Notes: generated by a model from the sequence alone, not told the origin. Counted from the stretch's first letter, positions 1 through 14,402 are shown. The stretch is 64,000 nucleotides of DNA from Eledone cirrhosa (GCA_964016885.1 OZ024753.1:1674001-1738000), one strand, 5' to 3'. Program-made: numbers and translations.

Positions 1-131
1 CTTCAAAGCATTGCTGGTTACAAGCATTATAAATTGTTGATTAGCAATTAGGTCTTACAAAATCTCAGCTGGCTATCCTAAGAACAAACAACTGATGCTT
101 TTATATTCTTTAAGAATAGCTACTATATATA

Positions 132-192
<61 letters not shown>

Positions 193-1108
193 CACACACA
201 CACATATATATATTTACACATATACTATCTACTGTTTGTAACTCTTAGAAGAAGGAGGCGAGATCTGAACTTAGAGCTTTGTGAAGCAAAACAAATACTA
301 CCAATTCTCCCCCCTTTTGCGCACACAAACATGCATATATGTACTTTTATTCATATAAATATATACGCATAATATAAATGTATATACATACATTTAAACA
401 TGTTTATGTATGTAAGTATGTGTTTATATGTTTATGGGGGTATATTGTATACTTCAACTAATTATTTTCATAAACTAACAATAAATAGCTTCTAGCTACG
501 TTGTTACCTAAATTTTAGAATGTAATTTACAACACCTAAATTTAGTTGTCGCTAAATATATTTCACTCAGTCAGAGCTATTTTAGTTTGCTATAACTATT
601 TTCTTTGTTTGCTTGTGTATTTGTTTTGCTGTCTTTCTTTATTTCATTCCCCTTTCTTCTCTTTCTGTATATATTTTCTGTTCATAAGTGTTACATTTTC
701 ATAATAAGCATTCACTATGTTTTCGAAATTGCCTCTTGAACTATATTCATAACGTTAGTAGATTTAACACAATAACCACTCGAAGGTTCGAAGGTATTGA
801 TGGGGATGATTGTTGTAGATCTTTTTGCTGATATGAAATCAGTACAATGAAACGTGATTACGTCATTTCCAGTTGCCATGTTCTCATAAATCCATCCATG
901 TATATCCACACACACTATCGAGTTGACAGTAATGTCTGCTTGAACATGGAACTAGGTGAAAAGTGAATAAAGATTTATTAAATACGGCACATGACAGCAA
1001 CGTAGCCTCTCTCATCGCACTACTGTCCAGTGATGTAGGTGATCACGTCAAGCCGACCACATTTAATTATCAAAGTGTAGTAAATATCATTACTCTGATA
1101 CACACACA

Positions 1109-1142
<34 letters not shown>

Positions 1143-1596
1143 TATATATATAATGTCAATGATGAAGAACAACACAGGAGAATAATACAGTAAGTACAAT
1201 AATCTATATACTACTAAAACTCTGATTGCTTGCTTGCTTGTCTGTAATGTAATACAGCCAAAACGGCGCCTAATGGGAAGATACTTTGCCAGGAAGTTGC
1301 CCCTGAAATGGTAATACAAATGGAATAAAACAAGTTTCGCGTAACTCGAAGCACGGGTTCCCGAGATGAGGGGTTTTCTGGGCACCTTCATAAACAGAGA
1401 GAGAGAAGGATAAAGAGAAAGAGATAGTGATTCTGAGAGAGTAGAGAGAGAGGAAGGAGACAGAAGGAAAATGGAAGATAGAGCTAGTGTTGTGTGTATA
1501 TATATGTGTATCTATGACCACTGTATATGGATCACAGACACCCATATATATATACACACATGTATACACACACACACATACGTACAGACACACATA

Positions 1597-1738
1597 TATA
1601 TATAGGCCTTCCAGTTTCATTTCACATTATATACATGTCTGTGTATATTTTAATTATTTAAAAATTATTTTTAAGAGACCATGATTTAAAAAAAATATTT
1701 TGAAGTGAACGCGACCCAACGGATCACGGGTGGTCTAG
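1597..1738 (+). mobile_element. Possible Helitron 3' end
   Basis: Imperfect GC-rich hairpin (cgcgacccaacggatcacg) followed by CTAG at 1735-1738 and then T. 5' end not defined. Confidence 0.35.
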
Positions 1739-1740
1739 TG

Positions 1741-1960
1741 ATATATATTAATTTAACGCGTAATATAGTAGAAAAAGCGTCTTAACGTTTAGGACGTTTG
1801 TCCTTCATCGGAAGATAGAACAAGACATGGAAGAAGAAATAGAAGGGTAGACAAGAGTAAGAAAAAGAAGAAACAGAAATAAACATTTTTGTATTTGTTT
1901 TGCAAAATTCTTGGTGGGAAACCGTATGCTGACATATAGTTTCAATATAAATATTTATAT
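1741..1960 (-). mobile_element. Degenerate hammerhead-bearing PLE-like terminal fragment (family A)
   Basis: Minus strand 1815-1780 reads TCTT-CCGATGA-A-GGAC(aaac)GTCC-TAAA-CG-TT-AAGA. Helix I is TCTT/AAGA, helix II is GGAC/GTCC, and there are two core substitutions. Ends in (TA)n. Outer boundary approximate. Confidence 0.55.
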
Positions 1961-2385
1961 ATACTATAATATTTATATATACTGTTTATATATTTTTGAC
2001 GAGTAGCCATTTGCATCACATCACTGTTTTTATTGTGAAAAGGTTAGCTGTCTCAGAATCAGCTAGATTTGCTACATGTAACTGTCATGGCATCAAAAAC
2101 GTTGATGAAGGAATAGAAAAAAAAACACCCAATTATTTTCAGAGACAAAAGAAAAGCAATGAAAACTGAAAAAAGATAATGGCAGGAGTTACTATTTACT
2201 CAGGGGAAAGTACCAAAAACGAATAGTGTTGAAAACATTGAGTTAAATAAAAAAAAAAAAAAAAAAAAAAAGAATTGTACAATCAGTACGAACAGCAAAA
2301 CAACAACAACACGTTTAATCTTTTGTAAACATTGCGGCTTATAATGATTTCTAATTTAGGCCTAAGGCCAGTAATTTGTGTTGGA

Positions 2386-2590
2386 AGGTGATGGTTTAGC
2401 AGAAGCGTTAGGACGGCGGACAAAGTGCTTTGTGGTAATTTATATCTCTTTACGTTCTGAGTTCAAATTAAATAAATTTGGCCTTTCATCTCTCTAGCGT
2501 CGATCAAATAAAGTTCCAATTAAGTACTGGGATCGATATAATTAACTTTTCAAATTGTTGGCCTTGTAACAATATTAGAAATAATTATTA
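2386..2590 (+). mobile_element. Degenerate tRNA-derived SINE (family 1)
   Basis: B-box-like GAGTTCAAAT, core GCCTTTCATC...GTCGAT.AAATAAAG, tail TTGTTGGCCTTGT..AATATTAGAAATAATTATTA. Confidence 0.75.
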
Positions 2591-3264
2591 GGGGTTACCA
2601 CATGAAATGACACTAAAAGTTATCATGAAGGATATAAGCGCTTTCATAGAAAAAAAGAAAAACTTCACGGCAATTATTAAAATATCAACAGACAGGCGCA
2701 ACACGGTGTAAGACAAAACAAGATAAAGAAACAGTGAGAAGATACAGTAATGCTAATTCGTAAGAGTAATATAGAAAGGAAATGATATATGTCACACAAA
2801 CAATAAACGAATAAATAAAAGAAAAACAAACAATAAAATAAAAAATAAAACATGTTCAATATCGTAGCCACGTGCTCCCGAAAAATACGATAAACTCTGA
2901 GAATTGCATTTGACCAAAATTAATCGCTGTAAGATTATAATTGATATTTTTGATATCAGGAAACGAATTGATAATTATAGGAAAATTTATAGTTTGTTTA
3001 CACCAAATTGGTTCATCCATATATCTACCATGTTGTTTCCCTCGCTCATCAAAAAGAAAGAAAAAGAAATCTGGAACTTTTCAATTTAGAAGTCTGATTA
3101 TTTTTAGATTATTGAAACCCAATTAGGGAAATAGATATAAATTTTATGCAGTAGTTATTGTATTAGGTTTGTTTTATTGTTGTGGCCCAAGAAGTCAGTT
3201 AAACTACACAAAGAAAAGAAATAGAAAAAAAAAGATAACAATTCCACTATAAATGTATGATCCC

Positions 3265-3555
3265 GTTAACTCCTGATAGAGTTGTAGGGGTTTGTTGGGC
3301 ATTTTAAGCCTGGCGGAGCCCATCCCTCTCCAGGTATGAGTACAGCAGATTTCTTCTAGAGAGGGGGGGGGGGGGGGTGAGAAAGTGATATAGAGGAAGA
3401 ATTGACCCCAGTACTAGACTGGTACTTTTTTTTATCGACCTCGAAAGGATGAAAGGCAAAGTTGACCTAGGTGGGATTTGAACTCAAAGAGCCGGAACGA
3501 ATACCACAAGGGCATTTTATCCAACGTTCTAACGATTCTGTCAAATCGCCGCCTA
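3265..3555 (-). mobile_element. SINE family 1, long-tail variant
   Basis: Plus strand shows TTTATCGACCTCGAAAGGATGAAAGGCAAAGTTGACC..GGATTTGAACTC, preceded by a tail shared with the 9063, 32805, 38135 and 47930 copies. Confidence 0.75.
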
Positions 3556-4114
3556 TAATTCCACTATACACGTTACAAACAAAGAACATATCAAGTGTAT
3601 AAATGACGAAGTAAACAGAAAATAACTACAAGTGAAACTGTAGCAAAATAAATGAAGGAAAGACAGCACAACCCGAAGTGACAAGTAATACGTCAAATGT
3701 TAATTTAAGCAAAGGAATGCAGTCACATAAAACGCATGACAAACAAAATCGAGCAAACATTTTCAAGAGGTAAATTTATACAAACTGTCGATATACCCAA
3801 AAGCAACAATATATCGTAGAATATCAACAGATTTTAGCAATCAATTTAATCACGTATTGGAAGTAATTAGATGATAACTAATTAATGTAAATGTAAGCTA
3901 CTTATATTGAAATCTCAGATATAACAAGAAAACACACAGGTTCCAGCAGGACTAGTTAAAAAAAAAGAAAAATCTAGCCTGAGAAATACGCCGTTCATCT
4001 AAATTATAAATTATAAGCTGGTATTTTTCCACTTTGTCATTCATTATTCAGTATACCAGCTCCCAGCATTATAACTAACTACATTCTATCGATTCTGACA
4101 ATTTATTGCATTAA

Positions 4115-4685
4115 ATTTGAATTTCTTACTAAGGCACAAAGCCAACATTTAAAAGAAGGGTATGTTTTATTAAATCATTCCGAGTCTTTGACTGGTACTT
4201 ATTTTATTGTTTATCGGGAGAATTTAAGGCAATCGATGGGATATGAACTTAGAATCTAAGGCGACAAAATAAATACCAAAAAACGTAGTTTGTCCGATAC
4301 TAATAATTCTACCAACCCACCACCCCAAATAATTCCTAGTATAGGTAAAAGGTTACAAATCTATACGGAGGGGTTAGTTGACTAAATCGAGTGCAGTATA
4401 TGACTGGTATTTTTTATTGCTCCGAAAAGTTTAAATGGAAAAATCTGACACTGGCGAGATTTGAACTCGGAACATAAAGAGAGACAACGATATATAAACC
4501 GGAATGCATTTTGTCTGGCGTTCTAAGGACTCTACCAGCCCACTGGCTTTAAATAGGGGTTCTGATTTAGGCACAGGAACAAGAATCTTTTTGGGAGGAG
4601 AAGTCGATTACATCGAACCCAGTACGTGACTGGTATTTGATTTTATCGATCCCGTAAAGATGAAAGGCAAAGTTAACCTTCGGAA
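4115..4685 (-). mobile_element. Cluster of three degenerate family-1 SINEs, head-to-tail
   Basis: Repeated AGGCACAA / GACTGGTA(C/T)TT / GATTTGAACTC / GATGAAAGGCAAAG blocks. Confidence 0.7.
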
Positions 4686-5087
4686 TTAATATCTAAACAT
4701 AAGTGGTGCACGGTATGTTGTTACACGTTTTATAGTTTTTTTTCCTCCCCACCGTCATACAACATATTTGATGGCAAGAAGAATCTATGAATCACAGATG
4801 TGAAAACTACATAAATATAATTCCTTGAGGTATTTGTTTGTCTATACAGATAATTATGATAAACTAAGAGTGCATCGTTAATTGATAAACAGACAACAAT
4901 CAAATTAAACAGCAAAGAAAGATATTTCGCCCGTTTCTGCATAAAACAAAAATGGGAAAACCAAGAATTTCTAAATGACAATGTTTGTGTAATTAATTGC
5001 AGAATGTTTGGAGAAAATAAAATATTTTTTTGATTATTTACGTTTCGATCAGATGCTTTATTTCTGAAGATATATATGACACCAGGT

Positions 5088-5400
5088 AGGCGGCGAATTA
5101 ACAGAGTAGTTAGGATGTCGAATATAATGCTTTGTTGTATTCGTTCTGGTTCTCTGCCACTCTGAATTTGAATTCTGCAGAGGTCAACTTTGCCTTTTAT
5201 TCTTTCGATGTCGATAAAAAGAACCAGTTCAATACTGGAGTTGATTTTTCTATATCCTATTCTCAGATCCTCTATATCCTTTTCTCTCCTTCTCTGGAAG
5301 AAAAGGGCTGTGGTCAGATTTGGAGACGGGATGGGTTCCGTCAGGATCAAAATGCTCAAGAAACACTGTGAGCCACTATGTACATATATTTGGTGATGTC
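5088..5400 (+). mobile_element. SINE family 1 with alternative tail
   Basis: GGCGGCGAATT head, GAGGTCAACTTTGCCTTT..TCGATAAAA core; tail resembles 28770-29075. Confidence 0.7.
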
Positions 5401-5957
5401 ATTACTCCAGTACTAAGTATATATGTATGATGATATCACCATTCCACTTAATGTTTGTAAGAAAATTGTGAAAATTATTGAACAGCGATAGCCGAGCAGG
5501 AAAAAATAAATTCTAGTTATTTTTTTTACTAAAAGCTGGATTACAATGGAACTTGATAATAATTGAGGATATAGAATAAAGTCAAGTGGCATCACATAAG
5601 AAAAAAAAACACATCAGTATATATAGAAAAGAATAATTGGAATTATCTCGAAATTAGGATACAAAATTGTAATCTTCAAAACACTTTTTATATCGAAATA
5701 AGATAGGATACAATATTATTGAGTATGAAAAAAAAAATTCCAGAATAATGATGAAACGAGTTAATGATGCATTTAAAATAATGGCCAACAATGTAGAGGA
5801 CTGAACTAAATATATCTGATCAACTAATTTACACAGCACAACTACCAACCAAAGGATATGCAATAGGAATCAATAAAAATCCTGATAACAGGTTATTGAA
5901 CATGTAATGCAATAGAAATGAAATTACACTTAGACATCCACCAGGAACAAATATAGT

Positions 5958-5998
<41 letters not shown>

Positions 5999-6041
5999 TG
6001 TGTATATAGTGTATTTTGCAATTTCAGAGCGCCAATTCTAA

Positions 6042-6085
<44 letters not shown>

Positions 6086-6202
6086 TAATATATAAAATAA
6101 AAACTAAAATGAAACAAAAAATATACATAGTGGAAGGAAAAGAAGATAAATAAAGTAAAGAATTCCACAATTTTTACCTTATATTCATTAACTCAAAGCT
6201 TT

Positions 6203-6613
6203 AATTGTTTCTACTTTAGGCACAAGGCCAACAATTTTAGAGGAGGGGGGAAAGTCAATTAAATCGCCCCCTGTGCATTAGCAGTGTTTATTTCATCGCC
6301 CCGTAAGGATGAAAGGCAAAGCTAACCTCGGCTGGATTTGAACTCACAACATAAAAGGCCGTAATTCTATGCCGCGAAGTATGTTGTCCGACGCTCTACC
6401 GATACTGCCAATCCACCGACCTAAAGTTTTAATAATTGTTTCTACTTTTGGCAGAAGGCCAGCAATTATCCCAGTGTATTACTGGTGCTATATTTTATCG
6501 ACCCCGTAAGGATGAAAAGCAAAGTTAACCTAGGCGGGATTTGAACTCAGACCATAATGGACCGTAACTCTTTGCTGCAAAGTATAGCGTCAGAACCTCT
6601 ACCGATACTGCCA
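6203..6613 (-). mobile_element. Two head-to-tail family-1 SINEs
   Basis: Each reads AATTGTTTCTACTTT.GGCA.AAGGCCA...CCCCGTAAGGATGAAA.GCAAAG...GATTTGAACTCA...CTCTACCGATACTGCCAA. Confidence 0.85.
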
Positions 6614-6614
6614 A

Positions 6615-7750
6615 GAAATAACATTTAAAATAGCAGACTAACTGATGAACGACATAATATAAATAAAACTAGCATGAAACGACAATCACCAGAAATGACT
6701 GTAGAATATATCGTTTCATTGACTGTTTACAAGACTTTACTATCAGTAATTGGTAAATGAATTGACTAACGTCTAGAAATAAGGAAATGAGCAGAGGCAC
6801 ATCATGTATCTATTATAGAAAGAACCTTCCTCTATATATCTATCGAAATTGATGAGAGTAAGTTTAACGGATGAAGAAAAAATATTACTGAACTGCAGCA
6901 GATATACCCAAGCTAAGAGGAATTATATCAAGAATGGAATATTCCAAGGAGATTCTTTTTTCTTCTTATATTTTTGAATTCCACAGATATAGCAGGAAGG
7001 TCAGTGAAGCCAAGGTGGGTCATTTGTTCTTTATAGCAATTTGGAGACAGTTTAAAATCCAAATATTTTCATCGCTGCTATGTAACTCTGATACGATAAA
7101 CTGACCAAATGACCAAATCAGTAGACAACAACAATGAAGCGAAACGAACAATGCAAGTATTAGAGGCCTGTATCAACGTGGGAAATCAAATACAATATGA
7201 CATATTGGAAGAGGTGGATGGAAAGAGAATGGATCCAACTAGCTTATTGAGTGGAAGAAATCAACACATTGGCAGTCTCGGTAATAACCAATACATTTAA
7301 ACTAGGAAATTGTGAATTGTATAAAATCCATAATATTGATTTCTTTCGACTTGGAATAAAGGTCATATATTCTTGAGTAGAGAAATAAAAGTGAGTCAGT
7401 CGTGTTTTTTCTTTCATAGCGTCTTCGTTCTGCGTGGTAAATAAATAAGCTTCTGATTGTAACCGCGATTATATCTTGACCTTGGCTTACATGAAACATA
7501 CTTCTCTTGTTTTATAATGAACGTCTACTTGAGATCCAGAATATCAGAATATCAAAAATACCAACTCAGTGATAAGCAATATGAAGGAAGTTGTAGCGAT
7601 TTGAAGAAAGGCTATAAACCCTCAATGTAACATTATGATTTACTACCTCTACCTGCACGAAATGGAACAAACATCATACTAAAGATAGTAGCAAAGTATG
7701 TGAGAATGTTAGTCAGTACAATAACTAGAAGCAAAGAGAATTTAGATAAA
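6615..7750 (+). pseudogene. Highly degraded R4/Dong-like non-LTR retrotransposon relic
   Basis: 6924-6959 translates YIKNGIFQGDSF, the same RT motif as at 55 kb. The rest is only weakly interpretable and the boundaries are uncertain. Confidence 0.35.
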
Positions 7751-8406
7751 ATTATACCACATACATCACACATACATATATGTTTGAATAAAGTGTTTAT
7801 TGAACTCAACATAACATGTGAAAGCAAAACATTTAGCGATATATATATTTTAAAAACATATTCTTCGAACCTTTTAACAGTTCATATTTAATGAAAATTT
7901 CAATATTTCAACGAAATCAAAATCTAATTACTAACACTATCGAACATTCTTTAGGCTTTTTACAATAGAACAAAATGATACATTATGATTTTGTTTGTTT
8001 GATTATTTCTATTAGTCTTTCCAACGTTTGCAGATTTCTTTAAGAATTTGACTGCAGGAAGTGTTTTTGTCTTTCGAAGTGTCTTTGTCAGAATTTCTTC
8101 TCATTGTCGCTGAGAAAAGAAACTTACAAAGAAATTCTTGTGTGAATTCGTGACTTGAAGATATAGTAAATTTTCATATTAACTGCAGAATATCGGATAC
8201 ATGTCATCGGGAGTTTTAGAATACTTCATGTATCATATCAAGCATACTTCGGTACACTAGACTTACTAAACTAATCTGAATATATTGTATTACTTAGTCA
8301 ATATTTACAGCATAGACACACACACACATTATATTATATATATATATTAGAAAGTGAGGTTTTTTACAAAATGAAAAAAAAACGAGATGTCCTACACGAG
8401 TGAAAG

Positions 8407-8643
8407 TATAAGGAAAAAAAATGAAATTGAAATCTTTTCAAAAATATTTATTTGATTCCTTTACCGGTTTCGCAGTTCTTGTGCTTTTCAAAAGTAGAAT
8501 TGAAATGGAGGGTTTGTGGTTTTACCCGCCATCTCAATTTTACTTTTAAAAAGCACAAGAACTGCGAAACCGGTAAAGGAACCAAATAAATATTTTTAAA
8601 AAGACTCCAGTTGCATTTTTGATTTCATCTTTTTTCCCTATAT
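8407..8643. mobile_element. Fold-back palindrome carrying a U3-A8 hammerhead-like motif (family B)
   Basis: Arms of about 80 bp (8433-8512 / 8524-8604) with a short loop and fainter outer arms. Motif CTT-TTGAAAA-GCA(caagaac)TGC-GAAA-CCGG-TA-AAG, followed by AATAAA. Flanked by (TA)n. Confidence 0.7.
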
Positions 8644-9062
8644 ATATATATATATATTATAGATAGATAGATAGATAGTAAAGGAATACAAAACTTGTCT
8701 CCTCTCTACCTTGCTGCTGCAGTCCAGCAGTACTGACTGTGGATTGGCAGTATCGGTAGAGCGTCAAACACCATGCTTCACGGCACAGGGTTACGACCCT
8801 TTACGTTCTGAGTTGATCAAACCTAGAGATTACACGCAACAATCAGCGCACCGGTTCGTTCTATACGCAGACACGAGCAAGAATTTTTCAGAGATAGCAA
8901 ATATCTAAGCGAGGATAATTAAAAGATAATAAAATGAAGGTTAGGGAAAATGTCAAAGCCGTAATTTCCTAGGGTGAAAAGCAATAGAATCCTAGTCCCG
9001 CAAAATAAAACTAAAGCTACAGTGTAGCTATAATGGGCATATTGGAGAATATATGTATAGGC

Positions 9063-9470
9063 CCATAACTCCTAATAGAGTCGTAAAGGCGTTTTAGTTA
9101 CATACGAAGTGTCTTGGTAATTCTAAACCTGGCAGACCCCATTTTCTCTCCTGGTCTGAACAAAGACGATATAGTCCAGAGAATGAGAGTGTGTGTGTGT
9201 GTGGCTGGGGGGGGGGGGGGGGGGGAGACGTAAGAAAGAGATATAACGGAAGAATCGGCCACAGTACAGAAAAGGTTATATTTATTGCAGGTATGTTAGA
9301 TAATGTTTGAAATAAATATGTTCTTGTTATTTATTCCAGTTTCTGTAGCAATGCTCGACATTATAGATCTCAAAAGTGTGAAAAGCAAAGTTAAACACGG
9401 CGTGACTTGAACTCAGGGCTTAGAGAGCCGGAACGAATATAGCAGAGCATTCTATCTAACGTTTTAACGA
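9063..9470 (-). mobile_element. Degenerate SINE family 1, long tail
   Basis: GTGAAAAGCAAAGTTAA...GACTTGAACTCAG plus the shared long tail. Confidence 0.6.
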
Positions 9471-9998
9471 TGCCTTTATTAGAGAAAGATTAGCTTATAA
9501 TCTGGTGGATTTCCACATTTCTTACATTATTGTTAGGCGTGCACAAGTGGAGTACTAGGTACAATGGAATCGGCTATACCAAACCCTAAATTGAGGTTAT
9601 TATTCCTATGATAAAATCGATAATGATTTGATCCTAATTGTGCTAAGTAAATGCGATAGCTGCCACTTTCTTCGGTTCTCGCCGAAAATATTTTCCTTCG
9701 TTCGTCAACTTTATTGACTGAAAGCCCTAACGATGCTAATGTAACATTTATCATGATTCCTAATAAGTTACAGTGCTATTTCTATTTCCTCACATTTCTC
9801 CACCTCTTCTCTTTCTTTATGCCACTCTCTCCGTACGCCATCTATTTCTCTCTTTCTTCCATTGTACTCTTTGTTTCACATTCTATATATTATCTTGTCT
9901 GTATTTGATGTGTGCGTGTGTGGAAGGGAGAATGACCGGTGGATTAAAATAATTTCAATCATGACGTCGTGGAATCTCGATCAAGTAACTTCCAATGA

Positions 9999-10000
<2 letters not shown>

Positions 10001-10036
<36 letters not shown>

Positions 10037-10631
10037 CATATGTATGCATATATATGCATATATATATACATATATATGCATATATATGCATATATATATA
10101 CATATATATACATATATATGCATATATATGCATATATATACATATATATGCATATATACATATATATGCATATATATACATATATATGCATATATATACA
10201 TATATATGCATATATATACATATATATGCATATATATACATATATATGCATATATATACATATATATGCATATATATACATATATATGCATATATAAACA
10301 TATATATATACATATATATGCATATATATACAAATATATGCATATGTATGCATATACATATACATCTATATACATATATATACATCTATATACATATATA
10401 TACATATACATACATCTATATACATATACATACATCTATATACATATACATATATATACATATACATATATACATATACATACATAAACATACATATATA
10501 TACATATACATACATATATATACATATACATATATATACATATACATACATATACATACATATACATACATACATATACATACATACATATACATACATA
10601 TATATATATACATACATATACATACATATAC

Positions 10632-10674
<43 letters not shown>

Positions 10675-10677
10675 GAC

Positions 10678-10710
<33 letters not shown>

Positions 10711-10715
10711 GACAC

Positions 10716-10748
<33 letters not shown>

Positions 10749-10801
10749 GACACATATATACATACATACATATATAGACACATATATACATACATACATA
10801 T
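10001..10801. repeat. Compound (TA)/(TATATACA)/(TATATGCA)/(TACA) microsatellite
   Basis: Direct reading. Confidence 0.95.
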
Positions 10802-11346
10802 ATATCTATCTATCTAAGGCGGGTAAAATTCCCGAGATTCATGGACGAGTTCTCTCCATCGGTCTCTGTCTCCCTCATTATCGCTGCCATATCCTGCATC
10901 TCCAACAGACCAGTGTCTGTCCTTAGGGCATCAACATATGTTAACCTTGGTCTTCCTCTTCTAGTGTGTCCATGTAGGGGCTCCCAAAGAAGTACTGAGT
11001 GCAATGTCAACTCTGGATGTCGGTGAGCATGTCCAGCCAAGCTCAGTCTTCTTTGTGTCACTTTTGAGCTGACTTTTGGGATGCTCCCATACAGCTCTGA
11101 TTTTTCATCCTCAGTGTATACTGATTAATGTTCAGAGCCATCCTCAGCATTCTCGTGTAGCACCCATCCACCATCTGAGTGAGTTTCTGTGGTTGAGAGG
11201 AAGAGCAAGGCCCTGGGCGGCGTGCCACAGCTTGAGATCGGTGTGGAAGTCGGATCTTCGCAGAGACCTGAAAATCCGCCTCTTCATTGCTGTAGTGGAG
11301 TCTGTGCTGCTGTATGGGTCTGAGACTTGGACACTGACCAAGAAAC
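10802..11346 (-). mobile_element. 5'-truncated, 5'-inverted RTE-type LINE
   Basis: 10802-11188 (minus) encodes ...RRLSLAGHAHRHPELTLHSVLLWEPLHGHTRRGRPRLTYVD with a (TAGA)n tail. 11189-11346 is the adjacent upstream segment inverted ([44 protein letters not shown]). Closely matches the copy at 34807-35338. Confidence 0.9.
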
Positions 11347-12186
11347 ATACATATATATATACATATATATATATACATACATATACATATATACATATAC
11401 ATATATACATATATACATATATATATACATATATATATACATATATACATATATATATACATATATATATACATATATACATATATATATACATATATAT
11501 ATACATATATATATACATATATACATATATATATACATATATACATATATATATACATATATATATACATATATACATATATATATACATATATACATAC
11601 ATATATACATATATATATACATATATACATACATATATACATATATATATACATATATACATATATATACATATATATATACATATATATATATACATAT
11701 ACATATATATACATATATATATACATATATATATACATATACATATATATATATACATATACATATATATACATATATATATATACATATATATACATAT
11801 ATATATATACATATACATATATATACATATATATATATACATATACATATATATACATATATATATATACATATATATATATACACATATATATATATAC
11901 ATATATATATATACATATATATACATATATATATATACATATATATACATATATATATATACATATATATACATATATATATATACATATATATACATAT
12001 ATATATATACATATATATACATATATATACATATATATATATACATATATATACATATATATACATATATATACATATATATACATATATATATATACAT
12101 ATATATACATATATATATATACATATATATACATATATATACATATATATACATATATATACATATATATACATATATATATATAC

Positions 12187-12251
<65 letters not shown>

Positions 12252-12426
12252 CATATATATATATACATATATATATATACATATATATACATATATATAT
12301 ATATACATATATATATATACATATATATACATATATATATATACATATATATATATACATATATATATATACATATATATATATACATATATATACATAT
12401 ATATATATATACATATATATATATAC

Positions 12427-12457
<31 letters not shown>

Positions 12458-12694
12458 CATATATATATATACATATATATATATACATATATATATATAC
12501 ATATATATATATACATATATATATATACATATATATATATACATATATATATATACATATACATATATACATATATATATATACATATATATACACATAT
12601 ATATACATATATATACATACATATACATATATACATATACATACATATACATATACATACATATACATATATATACATACATACATATATATAC

Positions 12695-12788
<94 letters not shown>

Positions 12789-12990
12789 ATACATATATAT
12801 ATATACATATATATATATATACATATATACATATATATATACATATATATATACATATATATATATACATATATATATACATATATATATATACATATAT
12901 ATATATATACATATATATATATACATATATATATATACATATATATATATACATATATATATATACATATATATATATACATATATATAT
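11347..12990. repeat. About 1.6 kb (TATATACA)-type microsatellite
   Basis: Direct reading. Confidence 0.95.
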
Positions 12991-13401
12991 GGTGGCTGCC
13001 AACTCGTTTTCGAGTACGGCCACTACTTTATATCCATGTAGGAGAACCCCTACCGATGCGCTGAACGAATGTGACTTTTTAGTCCAGCCAGCGACTTGAA
13101 AACTCTGGTACAAAGACTACACTTGTTACCATTATTGACACATAGTGCAGGGCCCATGGTACCATGTGATGACAAGTGCAGAGAGATCTCCAGATATAAA
13201 GCAATGCCTGTGCTGTGAAGCTTTTATAGTGAGCAAAGGCACTGCACAAAGCCAGTCCCACTCTCTTAACCAAGATGATATTTACCAAAAAGAAGAACAA
13301 GTCAACATCATTGGATACCATCAGGGTTGCAGGTGTTATATCAGAGTTTTCCTTCTCCTAGAATTCTGCCTTGACAAAGGCTAAGGGGTCATCTCTCCCG
13401 G
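12991..13401 (-). mobile_element. Probable RTE-type 5' UTR island between two microsatellites
   Basis: Minus strand starts GGGAGAGATGACCCCTTAGCCTTTGTCAAGGCAGAATTCTAGGAGAAGGAAAACTCTGA, which resembles RTE 5' ends as recalled from memory, not searched. Confidence 0.45.
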
Positions 13402-13428
13402 TATATACATATATATATATACATATAC

Positions 13429-13467
<39 letters not shown>

Positions 13468-13538
13468 CATATATATATATACATATATATATATACATAT
13501 ATATATATACATATATATATATACATATATATATATAC

Positions 13539-13569
<31 letters not shown>

Positions 13570-13657
13570 CATATATATACATATATATATATACATATAC
13601 ATATATACATATATATATATAATATACATATATATACATATATATATATACATACAT

Positions 13658-13704
<47 letters not shown>

Positions 13705-13783
13705 CATACATATATATATATACATATATATATATATACATATATATATACATACATATATATATATACATACATATATATAC

Positions 13784-13850
<67 letters not shown>

Positions 13851-13865
13851 CATACATATATATAC

Positions 13866-13932
<67 letters not shown>

Positions 13933-13937
13933 CATAC

Positions 13938-14020
<83 letters not shown>

Positions 14021-14039
14021 CATACATATATATATATAC

Positions 14040-14086
<47 letters not shown>

Positions 14087-14273
14087 CATATATATATATA
14101 CATATATATATATATACATATATATATATACATATATATATATACATATATATATATACATATATATATATACATATATATATATACATACATATATATA
14201 TATACATATATATATATACATATATATATATACATACATATATATATATACATATATATATATACATATATAC

Positions 14274-14305
<32 letters not shown>

Positions 14306-14355
14306 ATATACATATATATACATATACATATATATATATACATATATATATATAC

Positions 14356-14402
<47 letters not shown>

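Noticed and set aside
1215-1392. Possible Tc1/mariner MITE end (TTTTCTGGGCACC..TA); similar impression at 17635-17820
   Set aside because: No matching second TIR was found.
4730-5359. 209-aa minus-strand ORF
   Set aside because: Overlaps an antisense SINE and AT-rich DNA; no recognisable domain.
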